This document shows positions 24,301-36,838 of a DNA stretch of 64,000 nucleotides, piece after piece; position 1 is the stretch's first letter, and every line of letters begins with the position of its first letter. A program made the translations under genes and the position numbers. The stretch is from assembly GCA_950097015.1 (NCBI GenBank), contig CATNEN010000020.1, forward strand, positions 31,025 through 95,024. The letters run 5' to 3'. The notes under the pieces were generated by a model. The model was not told the origin of the DNA. It searched no databases and worked only from the letters and a program-made list of their open reading frames with translations. The stretch is from Macrostomum hystrix (lineage: Eukaryota > Animalia > Platyhelminthes).

Positions 24301-27300
24301 GTCTCAGTAAATAATCTCATGCAGGATTGAGGTCCTGGTCTCACTAAAGAATCTCATGCAGGATTGAGTCCTGGTCTCAGTAAAGAATCTCATGCAGGAT
24401 TGAGTCCTGGTCTCAGTAAAGAATCTCATGCAGGATTGAGTCCTGGTCTCAGTAAAGAATCTCATGCAGGATTGAGTCCTGGTCTCAGTAAAGAATCTCA
24501 TGCAGGATTTGATTCCCTGGTCTCAGTAAAGAATCTGCATGCAGGATTGAGTCCTAGGTCTCAGTAAAGAATCTCATGCAGGATTGAGTCCTGGTCTCAG
24601 TAAAGAATCTCATGCAGGATTGAGTCCTGGTCTCAGTAAATAATCTCATGCAGGATTGAGTCCATGGTCTCCACTAAAGAATCTCATGCAGGATTGAGTC
24701 CTGGTCTCAGGTAAAGAATCTCATGCAGGATTGAGTCCTGGTCTCAGTAAATAATCTCATGCAGGATTGAGTCCTGGTCTCACTTAAAGAATCTCATGCA
24801 GGATGAGTCCTGGTCTCAAGTATAAAGAATCTCATGGCAGGATGAGTCCTGGTCTCAGTAAAGAATCTCATGGCAGGATTGAGTCCTGGTCTCAGTAAAG
24901 AATCTCATGCAGATTGAGTCCTGGTCTCAGTAAGAATTCTCATGCAGGATTGAGTCCTGGTCTCAGTAAAGAATCTCATGCAGGATTGAGTCCTGGTCTC
25001 AGTAAAGAATCTCATGCAGGATTGAGTCCTGGTCTCAGTAAAGAATCTCATGCAGGATTGAGTCCTGGTCTCAGTAAAGAATCTCATGCAGGATTGAGTC
25101 CTGGTCTCAGTAAAGAATCTCATGCAGGATTGAGTCCTGGTCTCACGGAAGATTCTCTCGGGGAGTTTATTCATAAGTATGTGAACAGTATCTTATGATA
25201 TTGGGCATAACGCTGAAGAATGAAATCAGAGAGTTAAAATGGTCTCTTGTTAGCCTAAAGTAGTAAGAAGTGCCTCTGCACTTGTTCGCAAGTATTAATA
25301 ATTGTATGTGTCAATCAATTTTAGCATTAAATTCCATAGCTAATTTAGTGAGAATTTAGCGAGATTGCTTCGAGTGCCACCTCTGTATTCATTAATCAGT
25401 TACCTACAGCTCTAGACTAATTACTTAATTTTCCTTTCCTTGTGTCTTGCCTAATCTAACTGTGCTTATTATTTTCTCGTCCCTTGCCCGGTTGCATTTT
25501 CTTGAATTTTGCTAGCTTGAACGGCTTGGATTTGAAATTTCAGTGTCTTTAATCCAAGCAGTTTTCCCGTTTTAAAGGTGTTGCCATTTGAATCCAGGTT
25601 TCAAAATTTCTCATTCGCATTGTTAATTTCCCGTCTGTGCATGTGGGGGGGGGAATCAAGCCAACCCAGTTCCTCTTATCGGATTAATATGTGTGATATC
25701 TGACACGAGTTCGTATTTGGGAAGGAAGAACCGTTGTAAGTCTATTTTGTTATTTTAGCATTTCAAATGATCAAATCATCTCAAGGGTGAATAAGCAGGG
25801 CAATGCGTGTTGCTTTAAAGAAGGGGCAAGCATCACTGGCAGAACGAAGTGAAGATAGGGCGGGTTTGTACCATAGACTAAACTTCAATGTGTGTCAATA
25901 TGGTAAGGAGAATGTATGAAAACATTAAGACGTTGATTGTAGCCGTGTCTGATGTGTATGAGGCTTTGGTAAGCCTTGCTTAATCTCTGATCCTCTATTA
26001 ATCTATCCCGACCATGCTGGCTGAGGCTCAGGCATGATAACGATTCGGTTTAACTCTCTGTCACTTTGTGGACTGTGAGCAAATTTATGCCCACTCATTT
26101 CAGCTGATCTCCCACCTCCAATCTCCCATGCTGGAGATTAGTCGCGAACATGGTTGTTGGACTGAAACGGATCCCATTAAGGTGGTAGCTGGCTATTTAT
26201 ATCAGATAGCCAGTTCCGGTCTCATTGTGTACACTGAGTGACCGGGTGGACTGAGCAGCGACCGGAAATTCAAGCTGATCCCCTACCACTCAGCTTAAAC
26301 AGAGAGAATGAGGAAGATGTCTCTACTTGTCCTAACTGCTCCCATGGTCCACTATCCTAAAAGCAATATCATTTGCTGATGCTTCCATAAAAAATAAATA
26401 ACATTGACAGCCTCTTCACGCTGGAAACGCTTGCTTTAGGTTAGTCCATCGCACGAGCCTTAGCTCAACGCCATCTGCTAAAGTCTTGACTACTCAGACG
26501 ATTATCCTGAGAAACTACGTTAAGCGAGACGCAAACAGAGTGTGAATCTCGCCCTTAGCTTTTCTCATCGTCTGGAAGTGTACAGTCTTGCCTTGGAGCT
26601 TTCGTTTACATTTAGCGCAGATGGCTTAAACTCCTGGTCATAATATCTCCGCTTAGACTTTTCAGATGTGCCTTTAAAAAATCTTGTAAAGGCTTTTTAA
26701 TCCTTGAAATCAATTAAACTACTCCTACAGCACAGTGGATGTCTACATGCTGAATGTCTTTTGGATTCGTGAAGTCACGAGACAGTTAAAAAAGTTGATG
26801 CAGCTAAAATGCAGATTTTCAATAAAAAACGTCACCTAACCAGTTCAGTAAGATTTGCAGCCAGTGGCACAGCCGCAGCTATTGCTCGGCACTTCTAAGG
26901 CCTGTTTACAGCTGTTGAGTCCGTAAATTAGGGAGGCCGCCACACCCACCTAGTTTCTTCTACCCCAACTGATGCTGGTAGCTATTTTACAGCTGGGTGA
27001 ATTAAAGTACTAGGAAATGTAATTTCCCCAACAACACAACTTTCTTCATCTGGGCCGAGGGCTTCCAGGCGCGTGTTTAGCACGCGTGAGGTGAAGCTTA
27101 GCAAGCTCTGCCAGCTCTGCAAGATTAGCAGAGTTCTGCTTCCAGAATTAGCTGACTGCTACCTGAAAATTCTGCTGCGCCAGACTCCTGTACAGAGAAA
27201 GCTAGGATCCAATATACACGTACATACAGAATGCACACTGGGCACTAACATCAATTTGTGCGCACTGCGCGCTGCACAAACTGGCTCAATTACGTCACTC

Positions 27301-28296
27301 AACCATAAATCTGATGAAAATTTATCCGCTACTGGTTTTCAGATGTTTAATTTTTGACTTAGGCAAGTGTATGTAGTTATTCAAATCTCATTATAGTCCC
27401 TTCTATATGCCCCCTATTTCATTGAACTTTTTGTTAGTTCCGCTGGTCACCGCACGACCTGGACCTGCTGGCCACCGGCAGCCTGGCTGGCCACATTATC
27501 GAATGCGGCGCCCAGTGCACTGGTGGCATCTTTACTGACTACGAAAGCGTGCCAGACTGGCACACCATCGGCTTCCCGGTTGCCGAGTGCCACAGAGATG
27601 GCCGGCTCTACATCACAAAACCGGCTGGCACTGGCGGCCTCGTCACCACGGAGACAGTCGGCGAGCAGATTGTGTACGAAATCGGCGACCCGTCCGCCTA
27701 CCTGCTGCCGGACTGCACGCTGGATCTGCGGCAAGTCCGGCTGGAACAAGCGGGCGAAAATCGCGTCGCTGTGCTGGGCGCGCGCGGTCGACCTCCGCCG
27801 AGCCAGTTGAAGGTCAGCGGCTGCGTGACCGACGGCTACAGGCTGACAGCCGTGTCTGTGGTGGCAGGCGGCCTGGCGGCTAAGAAGGCCCGACTAACTG
27901 CCGAGGCTGTGCTCAAGCGGTTTGTTGTAGCGACTGTTTATTGAAGGGGAACAGAAGGTTGTGAAGTATATGTTGCATATTTTTAAAGAGACTTCAATAA
28001 ATCGATAATAGTCAAAACAGACAGTTGGCGACGACGTTGTAGCCTAGTGGTTAGAGCGTCAGACTCACGACTTAAAGGTCTGATGTTCGATTCCCGACTC
28101 CATTGGAACAATTTGTATCCTTTAGCTAGATACTTAACTCTCCATTGCTTCATTTCACTCAGCTGTTAAATGAGTGCTAGCATTAGATGGGGAAAATTGA
28201 GGGTGTGTGTGGACTGAGAAGTCGTACGCAGCCTTCAGATGCGCCGTGCAATAGCTGCGACCCAATCGGGGCGGTGTAATTAAATATTATTATTAA

Positions 28297-28328
<32 letters not shown>

Positions 28329-30095
28329 AAAGAGATTTCCGCCATTTTCGATTTTCACCCACAGTGTTCGCCTGATATTCAAGCACCTAGGCTATCAAGA
28401 CTTCACTGATGTCACGGTACAGGTCATCGGCGCTGAAGACGCATTTGGAGCCTCCGGCATGAGCAGCCCAGTGAGTAGTCTTGAGCCTTCACTTAATGCG
28501 AATCGTTGCCCACGCCTATTCAATGCGACTCGCTGTGTCAACTATTTTTAAGACCTGCTGACGTAATAACTTTGAAATTGATGTCTAATTAGTTTTTTAA
28601 TACGCGCTTTAGCAAATTGAAATCTCATTTTTCCACTTAATAGTTTGTAATCTATTATGCTCTTAAATAAACTCCGATAACCACTGATAGAGCTTAAGAT
28701 TCTGTTTAATTAAGATATATTTTTTGCCTGCCCGTATAAAGACAAATTCTAATTGGGCAAGGAGTGTTTGCACTGTCTGATTGTGTGAGTGTGTTCAGAG
28801 GTCTGCGGAATGGTATATTAGACTAATTTATGCGACTATTAAACGTCGCCAAAATCTATAAAGTACATTTGATGGTTCGAAGTTTCTTAATACGTATTTA
28901 GTGTAATATAGATAGACTGGCAGAAATGCCCATTCGAAGATATGTGTACAGCTGTTCAGTACTTGGACCGCACGCATACCTGATTTTCTTCCCCAGGTAA
29001 TGGGAAATAGAGTATCTTGCTTTATAACACATTATGTTTCCCTGTGGTCTGAGATTCTCTTTACGAGCTCCAAAATTCTGACCAATACGGTACAGGCTTG
29101 ATATTTCCGCATTAGTAGTTTTTGTATTATTCTCTTTGATTTTAATGAATCATCACTCTGAATACCCAGCAGGCGCCACGCGAAGCCGCCCTGTGGCTGG
29201 CTGCCAAGCACCAGTCCAAGGAGGCGCTGGAGGTGCTGTCGCGAGAAATCGCTCCGGCGGGCACCGGCATGGCGCCCGGTCTAACGGCGCTGGTGGGCGG
29301 CCGGCCAAAAGTATCCCCGGTGCTGCGCCTAGTCACGCATCAGGTTAACAGGGCCTCACTGAAGCCGCAGGTGCACTTTGTTGGTGGTAGAACTATTGAT
29401 ACAATCGACGCCTGGTCTGATCCGGCAGTCTTGTCTACGGCAAAGGCGAAGTCAGTTGCGACGACTGATAATCTGCTAGAGAACTGTGAGACTGACGCTT
29501 CTGAGGATGAGCAGGCTTCGATGCAGGTAAGGTCCTTTGGCTATTCATACATAAACAAAACATTAGAAATAATGCAGGCCTCATTCCTAATTTGTTCCTA
29601 ATTATTTTACATGCAAAGTGCACAAATTAGTATAGTAGACTAGCAAAATCTGCCCCCTTGCTCCGTTGCTCTGTTCAGGCGCAGCAAAAATTTGTCATTT
29701 CATCTGACACTACTCAAATTCTTCACCCGCAGTTGCCTTGTCGCCTAATTGACGTAGCCATTGCGCGCAGCGGTGACAAAGGCGACGCCTGCAACATTGG
29801 CGTCCTGGCCCGCAGTCCTGAATACTATCCGCTGCTGAGGCGCCGCCTGACTGCCGCAGTCGTGGCCGACTATTTTCGGCACGTATTTCCTCCTGGGCTA
29901 GATCATCGCGCGCTGGTGCGACGCTACGAGCTGCCAGGCCTGCGGGCACTGAACTTCGTGCTGGATCAATCACTGGGCGGCGGTGGTGTAGCCTCTCTAC
30001 GCTACGATCCGCAGGGCAAAGCCTACGCCCAGATGCTGCTTGACCTTGTGTTGCAGCCTGAGAACAGTCCAGCTGATGCTGCGGCTAGTGGCTAA
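15366..30095 (+). CDS. AtuA/DUF1446-family (acyclic terpene utilisation-like) protein, ~661 aa, likely mitochondrial
   Basis: Phase-consistent exons 15366-15534, 15628-15728, 15849-15918, 15995-16178, 17576-17675, 27438-27919, 28365-28470, 29170-29526, 29679-30095 (1986 nt). Family motifs [69 protein letters not shown]. Basic, hydroxylated N-terminus resembles a mitochondrial presequence. Confidence 0.85.
16385..17435. repeat. ~28-bp G-rich minisatellite (GGGATCTGAGATAGGGATGGGGTGTTTT) in AtuA-like intron 4
   Basis: Direct reading; ~37 copies. Confidence 0.95.
17741..25146. repeat. 36-bp minisatellite (GCAGGATTGAGTCCTGGTCTCAGTAAAGAATCTCAT), ~205 copies, in AtuA-like intron 5
   Basis: Head-to-tail units without spacers; explains the [12 protein letters not shown] and [12 protein letters not shown] ORFs. 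Confidence 0.98.
25850..26720 (-). pseudogene. Highly decayed LINE (CR1/L2-like) reverse transcriptase remnant
   Basis: By-eye minus-strand fragments [13 protein letters not shown]...HSPYHIDTH* and [10 protein letters not shown]...GDQLKMSGH resemble RT C-terminal motifs, broken by stops and frameshifts. Weak; needs a translated search. Confidence 0.3.
26860..27050 (-). mobile_element. SINE family B body (headless copy)
   Basis: CACAGCCGCAGCTATTGC...CCACACCCACC...CAACTGATGCTGGTAGCTATTTTACAGCTGGGTGAATTAAAG matches the 43715-44023 copy. Confidence 0.65.
28033..28328 (+). mobile_element. tRNA-derived SINE, family B, CORE-like central domain and (TAT/TAG)n tail
   Basis: Head GTTGTAGCCTAGTGGTTAGAGCG (A box) ... 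GTTCGATTCCC (B box). Centre ATACTTAACTCTCC...CAGCTGTTAAATGAG resembles the CORE domain. Simple-repeat tail. Confidence 0.8.
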
Positions 30096-30122
30096 GCCTA
30101 ATTAGACCTACTCAAATCTGTC

Positions 30123-30574
30123 TAGCCTTTTTAACAGATTTTCTGTCCCTTCTGTTAACCTAAGCCATCCTTAGTCATGTCAAGACAAATGACGATTAGG
30201 ATAAGGCGGTATTCACAGCCACCCTGGGGTCCTTGGGCCCTAGATACTGTAAGTCATGGGTCGAGGGTTCATCATCACCGTCTTGTTGTCATCTAGCAAA
30301 ATTGTTGTTGCTCTCATCACAACACAATCATAATATTGGATCGAATTCCCTGGTAGTTAAACAAATTTCCTAGAATTTTCCACCGATAAATGATGCAACC
30401 CAATGACATCTCGTCTGCTTTCCGAACACTTTTAGTACTTTTAGCACCAATAATTTCGGGACATAGGGTACAGCCTTTTTTTGCGTCAGAAGTCATCTTG
30501 TCTTAACTTTTCAATGAGATTTTATCTAATGGCTTAGGTTAACAGAAGGGACAGAAAATCTGTTAAATAGGCTA
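30123..30574. mobile_element. ~450-bp MITE in the AtuA-like 3' region
   Basis: 30131-30168 is a perfect 38-bp reverse complement of 30529-30566, extendable to TAGCC...GGCTA with one mismatch. Confidence 0.85.
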
Positions 30575-31950
30575 CTTGTAATCATCATAGTACGGAATGT
30601 ATTATTAAAGAATCCTATGATTTTTTTTCGTCCCGAGGTTATAAATGAGTCTTTCGTGTGCGCTGCATAAAGCCCTGATAAATTATTGTGATTAGGTTCG
30701 CACTGCCCTGGCACTGCATGTGCTAATTCAGCCTTGAGCCTCTTCAGCCTTGGCCATTTTTCTGTCTGTCGCGTGGTTTGTGGTACCGATCGGAAAAAAT
30801 CCTGCGTTGTTACCGTCAAGCTTGGCTCTTCATTACCATCGTGTTGTTGCGAAATCCATTGTGTGCCTCTGTTCCTGTGGAGGTGCTCAGATCTTGTTAT
30901 TGGTATTTTTAATCTATTTGTTTTGTTAGCAATTCTCAAAGCTTAATTTAATTGGCCGATTGCATCTATCGAGTAGGTGCCTCCTAAAGAACTTGTTGTC
31001 CTGATGTAAATTGTTGATCTGGTAGCTGTAAAATTTGATATAAAAATTTATCTGAACTTTGTAATTAAATAAAAATTAGACTTTGAGCAAGATTTTTTGT
31101 GCCTTAACAAACGTTAGGCTTATTTGGCATTATTATTTAACGCTTTCAAATAATACTAGCTAGTCACATTACTAATTTTCTAGTCAGTTCTATGTACGAG
31201 CTAGTTAGGAATGATTCATAAAAAGCTGGCTTTTGGAACACAGAATTCAATGGTTGCACATTGTCAGACAGCATTTATTCGTGTCACTATTTTTTATTTG
31301 GTAAATGTCAAAATGTTTTCCTCTACAGAGCTGTTACTAGTGACGATATGCTTTTTAGGTGAATTTTCAAACAAGAGTTAGTGTAAGGCTTTAAAACTTG
31401 TTAAGTTTTGTTAAGTTTATCTAATTCTTATTTGAAGTGTTTTAACACGAAAGGCTAAAAAATGCATTATAACACAATGTATTAACTTCACGACACTTCG
31501 CACACCTTAAGTAACTAAGCAATAATTTTTGTTAAGAAAGAACAACAGAAGATGCTATTCGCACCAAGATGAGTCAATCGTAGCCTCGGAACGATAGACG
31601 ATTCAACGGTATTGAAGTATGTGCTATTTTTTCATACTTTGCTGGTGCAAAAAAACTAATATAGTGACAACTAAAAAGTGGAAACTCTTTCTAACGAATG
31701 AAACTTAACAGGCATCACAACAGAAAGTGCCGTGAGACACAGCGACCGGCCAAGAAGCCTGTGTCTTGTGCCTGACAAGAGCATACGAACACTTGCGACA
31801 AGATTTGACAATATTTTAGCAAGACTCGCTAGAAGTTGCTTCACAACAATAGACCAACAACGAGGCAGTGAGAATGTCTTGCTTTTGCATATCAGAAAGT
31901 GGACAATCAACTCTAGCAGATCAGCTATCCGGACCGGGCTTTCGTATTGT

Positions 31951-33120
31951 CTAGCCGATCACTCGCAGCGGTATGACGTCCTCCTCTGTGCGATTGCTCG
32001 CCCTCTGACAGCGGCTGCGACGCTTCTTGCGCATCTTCGTCGAGACCAGGTGGTGGACCACGAACGCACTGACGGCCAAAGCGGACAGAACATTCTTCAT
32101 CGGCTGCAAAATGTAGTTCAGTATCGGATAGAGATCCTGACCTACTGGCATCTTGTCGTGAACGGAAGCAGCACGGATCAGGCCGGTGGCAGCGAGTGGC
32201 GGATAACAGATTAGCGACACACACAGCTGAAGCAGTTTCACGTTGCGGTTCATTCGGTCCAGACTTGTCAAAGCTCCGTTAGCGTTGTTTGAGTCGTTAG
32301 TTACGTTGCCGACTACCCCGTTATGATTAATAGTCGCTTTTCCAAACACGGTGCTTGGTCGCTCGATTCCGTTGCGAATCCAGAAAGTTATAACAACTCC
32401 TGCCGAGATGCTGCACACCAGCATCGGGGCGTAAACATTGGCAAACAGCTCGACAATTGCAACGACGTAGTATATTTCCAGAAATTCAGCGGTCACCCGA
32501 CACTCATATTCGGACAACCAGGCAGTAGAGTTGTTCTGATTGTTCCCTTGACCGCTTAGCGATAGCCCGATGCCGTACATCCAGATATGGTTTAGGTGAA
32601 CTGCCATAGTCACCACAGCGGCTAGGCATGCGCCAATTCTCAGTCGAAATTGGCTAAAATGTTTCACTCCGAAGCGCAAATTGAAGGCAATAGCGCCTCT
32701 TTCTAGCGCAAATAATATCAGTAGGGAGGCTTGCACGCTCATTGTCAGGTTCTCGCCTAAATGGTAGAGCTTGCAAACCCAAGTCAGGGCGTGTCGGTTT
32801 CCAATCAAATGGCCCAGTTGGCGGTTAATCAGCGCAAATGTCGCCTTATTGAGTAAGCAGGCAACGTCGGCTGCGCAATTCCAGCGCAGGATGAGAATGC
32901 AGCCGAGTCTATATCGGCTAAATGTCGGCCTGCTCATGTAGTAGATGCAAGTTAGCAGCATTACAGCGCCACTGTAGCAGCAGGTCAGCATGAGGCTGCT
33001 CAGCAGTTGTTCGTTATCGCTAGCAACGTACATCTCGTTGTTTAATAATTTTAAGCACTCGCCAGTCGTATTGGTGGCATTGACATTGCAGTCCTCGCCT
33101 CCTGTCTCCAGTCCGGCCAT
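31951..33120 (-). CDS. Orphan rhodopsin-like (class A) GPCR, intronless, 389 aa
   Basis: About seven hydrophobic segments, N-terminal N-glycosylation sites (NAT, NTT), Cys at the top of TM3 (WVCKLY), LFALERG at the DRY position, CYPP in TM6, basic C-tail. Confidence 0.75.
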   Translation of the reverse strand: MAGLETGGEDCNVNATNTTGECLKLLNNEMYVASDNEQLLSSLMLTCCYSGAVMLLTCIYYMSRPTFSRYRLGCILILRWNCAADVACLLNKATFALINRQLGHLIGNRHALTWVCKLYHLGENLTMSVQASLLILFALERGAIAFNLRFGVKHFSQFRLRIGACLAAVVTMAVHLNHIWMYGIGLSLSGQGNNQNNSTAWLSEYECRVTAEFLEIYYVVAIVELFANVYAPMLVCSISAGVVITFWIRNGIERPSTVFGKATINHNGVVGNVTNDSNNANGALTSLDRMNRNVKLLQLCVSLICYPPLAATGLIRAASVHDKMPVGQDLYPILNYILQPMKNVLSALAVSAFVVHHLVSTKMRKKRRSRCQRASNRTEEDVIPLRVIG

Positions 33121-33906
33121 CGCTTCGTCGTATCCTATTTAGTCTAGGAAATATTTCTCCAATCCTGCACTGCTTGTGCCGCAGTTCCTGTAGCTCCTTA
33201 GCTCCTTTTCTTTATATGCAGATTTTCGCCTGATTCGCTGCTTTATGATTGGTTCGTTGTCTTCCTCATTTTAACCCATTTTTATCTGATCTACTCATAC
33301 CCCATCAGCTCAATCGTTTCTCTCAGCTCGTTTCTCATTCTGTCGCTGTGCTGTTTGCATACGGGCTGCCTCCTTGCTTGTCATTGAGGATCACGCTTCA
33401 TAGGCTTAGTTCTCTTGCCATGGTAAATTGTCTGCTGAAGGCAAAATTTTAAGCATCTCAATCACAGCAAAACTGGAGCGTGGAATTCTGGTCTTCAATT
33501 CTCCCAATTGATGAAAGGCCATTAGCAGAGTAATTAAGTTTTGCTGAGAGTCTCCCAAATAGCTTTGGGCGCCAATTTCAGCGAGTGACACATTGCTGCA
33601 GGCGGCTAGCATTAGTGTGTTGGATGGAGGTAGCATACTAGAGCCTTGATTTTATACATGTAGCACCTCATCTTCATGCTCTGCATGCCTCAGGTGTGTT
33701 ATCTTACAATTGACCAATTGGAATTGGTGTGGAGAATGTGCGATGCAAAACGCTGTCCAGCAAAATCGTCCTAACTTACCTAAAAAGACAACTAAAATGC
33801 GAACGTTTTCTTAAAAAGTACGCTATTTTCCTTGCTTTACAAGCCGGTCTAAACTTATATGTACAAACGCGAATGTATGTTGCATTGCAGCCTATCTGAA
33901 GTTGCC

Positions 33907-36838
33907 ATGCTCTCCCGCCTGCACCTCTGTCGCTCAGCAGCAGCCTCCTCCGCCAGTCCCGTGGCACTGTTCTCGGCCGCTCGTCGGCTAGTTCAGACGT
34001 TCGAGGCGGCCCCGATAGAGCCTAGAAAACCGCCACGTCAGACGCCCAACGTAATGCACGGCACCAGGCTGGCTACGGATCCCAGGTGGTCCAGGCGAAT
34101 GCGCCAGGATCTTTACCGCAGGCGAATGCTGGCTGGGCCGGAGCCGGAGCGGCCCAGATCTGCTTGGTCCAATTGGAATCGCCGGGTTGAATTGTCGGCC
34201 ACTCTAAACCGTCTGGGCCTGGCCGGACTGTCCGGATTCACAGTAGAACAATTGGACAGGGCGCTAACCTTTCCAGAAGTATCGGCTGTTGCTGGGGAAG
34301 GTAATCATAATAATATCACGCAGGTCAAAGGGAGCTTCTAGCCCAGCTTGAGACTTCTGACCGAGATGGGGACAAGGGGTGTCATTGAGCAATTTAATAG
34401 TTCCCTGGCGCTTCAGTTCAGCCTGCTGTAAAATGAGTACCACCATCAGCTGGGGTAGTTTAGTTGGTGTGGTGGCCTACACAGTCCACAGACTTTGCAT
34501 CTGTACACAGCCTTTGGAAGCTACGACTGTGCCACCCACTGGCGGTACATCTGACCCAACTAGCCTAGGTGTAATATCTATCTGTTATCTTACTGCTGAG
34601 GCTGTGGGCACTGTCGCATCATTTGTCGTCAGTCAACCCGCAGCCAGCAAGGAAGCTATTCCACCTATTCCGCTGACTTCTGAATCCTGAGCACAACAAC
34701 GCAATTGTAAACTGCAATTTTATATTCGCGGTTTATCATTGAGTCCTTTGGGCACTAACTTATATTAATCGCAATTTTTCGTTTCCCAATGCGAGTGCTC
34801 CAAACCAGAATCTCCTATTTTTTCAAATCCTGCAGTTTCACTCGAGGCCCTAAGCGTTACGTCAGATGCATCCGTAGCCAAGCCTTCTAAAAATGTCAGC
34901 GCCAGTGAAGACGACGAAGTGGCCGACTCGGTGGCAACAGCAGCCGGCGAGCTGGTCTCCAGTGCCGGTGACAACGCCGACCTGGTGCCAGCTGGGCGCG
35001 CTCTGATCGCAGAATTTTGCAACCGGTTTCTCACTAAAGAGCTGCCGCATGTGCCCAGTCGGCTGAGGGAACAGGTCAGAAGAATCCCACTGACAGAATT
35101 CACTAGTCTGGTACTGTAGGAGGGGCGTGTCAGGAAAGTCTCGCGATTTTTTGTGTACAGTTGTGCTCATGTGTCAAACATGTGCTATCGGTTAGCCACA
35201 AATTCAAGACTAATTTGAGTAAATAATTTTTTTAATGTTTCCTATAGATGCCCCGAAGCGAAAAAAACTGGACATTGTCGGATGACGCTGTAGGTCTATC
35301 TCCGAGCAATCCGTGTCAATTGACTTATAGCGTCTGGGCGTCTGGGGTTCGATTTCTGACTCCGTTTCCTGGAAATATTTGTCTATTAGTAAAACACTTT
35401 ACAATGCATTGCTTCAGTTCAGACAGCTTTTAAATGCTTTTAAATTTAGGGTGGGTGTGGCGTCCCCTCAGTCCATGGACTAAGCAGCCGTCTTGCTCAT
35501 TTCGCATCAGAATTCAGACTTCAGACTTGGGTTTTAACATGTTTGGTAGTCATTTGTGCATGCACAACAATGCAAATGTGACAGCTCAATTTTCCGAGAC
35601 TTTTCGGATGCCTTTCAATTTTGTGATAAAAAACTCGTCTGTTGCGATAGGGATAACCAATTCTTGATCCCAAATCTTAACGTTCCCGACCCTTCCTCTC
35701 AGGCTGTCCGCCAGCTCACCTCAGACGAATGCCTGGCCTACGTTAGCGGCCATCTCGGCCTAGCTGAGCTGCTGTCTGGCGTTGACACTCGCCAATCCAC
35801 GCTGCCTCTGGCTCGCGAGGCCGACGCTTTCGCAGCGCTTGTTGCCTCGGCAAAGCTAGGCGGCGCAGTCGAGGGTGAAGGCGAGGAGGCGGCCTGGCGA
35901 CTGACGCGGGACTATCTGCTCACCAGGCTGCATGACGTTGACATCAACGAATGGTGGAGCTTCGGAGGCGAGGTCGAGGCTGAGCGACTTTTGTCCGAGT
36001 CTCTGGTCCAGGCTGGCTTTCCGGCCAATGAGCCGCTCGAGTACCGCCTGATGCGGTGCTCGGCGCCGGACTCGCCCGTCTATGCCTGCTTTCAGGTGCG
36101 CCACTGGGTGTTCCTTGCTGAGAAGCCCTCTGTTAGAAGTAGAAAGACGACCGGGGTATTTCAAATACCCTTTTTTCCTGTATCTCACGAAAGCTTCAAC
36201 CAATCGCCTAAAAAACTCGAAACACGGGCTAAAATTTTCCACTCTGTAAGGTTTCTGATTTATCTTTAATATTTCTGGTTCAGCTGTAAGGTTTCTGGTT
36301 CAGCTGTAATGTTTCTGGTTCAGCTGTAAGGTTCCTGGTTCAGCTGTAAGGTTTCTGGTTCAGCTGTAAGGTTTCTGGTTCAGCTGTAAGGTTTCTGGTT
36401 CAGCTGTAAGGTCTCTGGTTCAGCTGTAATGTCTCTGGTTTAGCTGTAATGTCTCTGGTTTAGCTTTTGGAATTCGGATCAGGTGCACTTCGATTTTGTA
36501 TATTAGGCCTGCTGAAAGCACTTACCGATTCGATCAATTAGGCTAAGGAATAAATAATATAGGCGATCGATAATTCAAACACCTGCATCTACATTCTTTA
36601 AATGCGTCCAAATCCTCAATTCGTTAGGTTTTCTGTAGATTATAGGCTTTTATCTCCATCCCATTCCCATCCACAGGTGGGCCTGTACGTTCGGCGCGAA
36701 TTGCTCTCCAGCGGCTTCGGTGAGACTCCGCGAGCAGCCCAGTCGGAGTGCGTCAGCGAAGCCTTGAAGACTTTGTTTGACACTGGCGACTCGAGGGCGC
36801 CGATGAACTTTCAACTCGCCCTAGCCGAACTGCCCTGA
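33907..36838 (+). CDS. mRpL44: 39S mitochondrial ribosomal protein L44
   Basis: Phase-consistent exons 33907-34300, 34836-35074, 35703-36095, 36677-36838. Motifs PRSAWSNWN..EL.A...RL, FAALVAS, DYLLTRLHDVDINEWW, EYRLMR, VGLY...GFGET match the RNase III-like/dsRBD mL44 pattern; mitochondrial presequence. Confidence 0.85.
34410..34500 (+). mobile_element. SINE family B body fragment in mRpL44 intron 1
   Basis: CAGTTCAGCCTGCTGTAAAATGAGTACCACCATCAGCTGGGGTAG...GGTGTGGTGGCC...CAGTCCACAGACT matches the family B centre. Confidence 0.55.
36245..36465. repeat. 20-bp minisatellite (GGTTTCTGGTTCAGCTGTAA) in mRpL44 intron 3
   Basis: Direct reading; ~9-10 copies. Confidence 0.9.

Noticed and set aside
17741-25146. 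CRISPR array (36-bp, partly palindromic repeat)
   Set aside because: Units are contiguous with no unique spacers, there are no cas genes, and the array lies in a spliceosomal intron.
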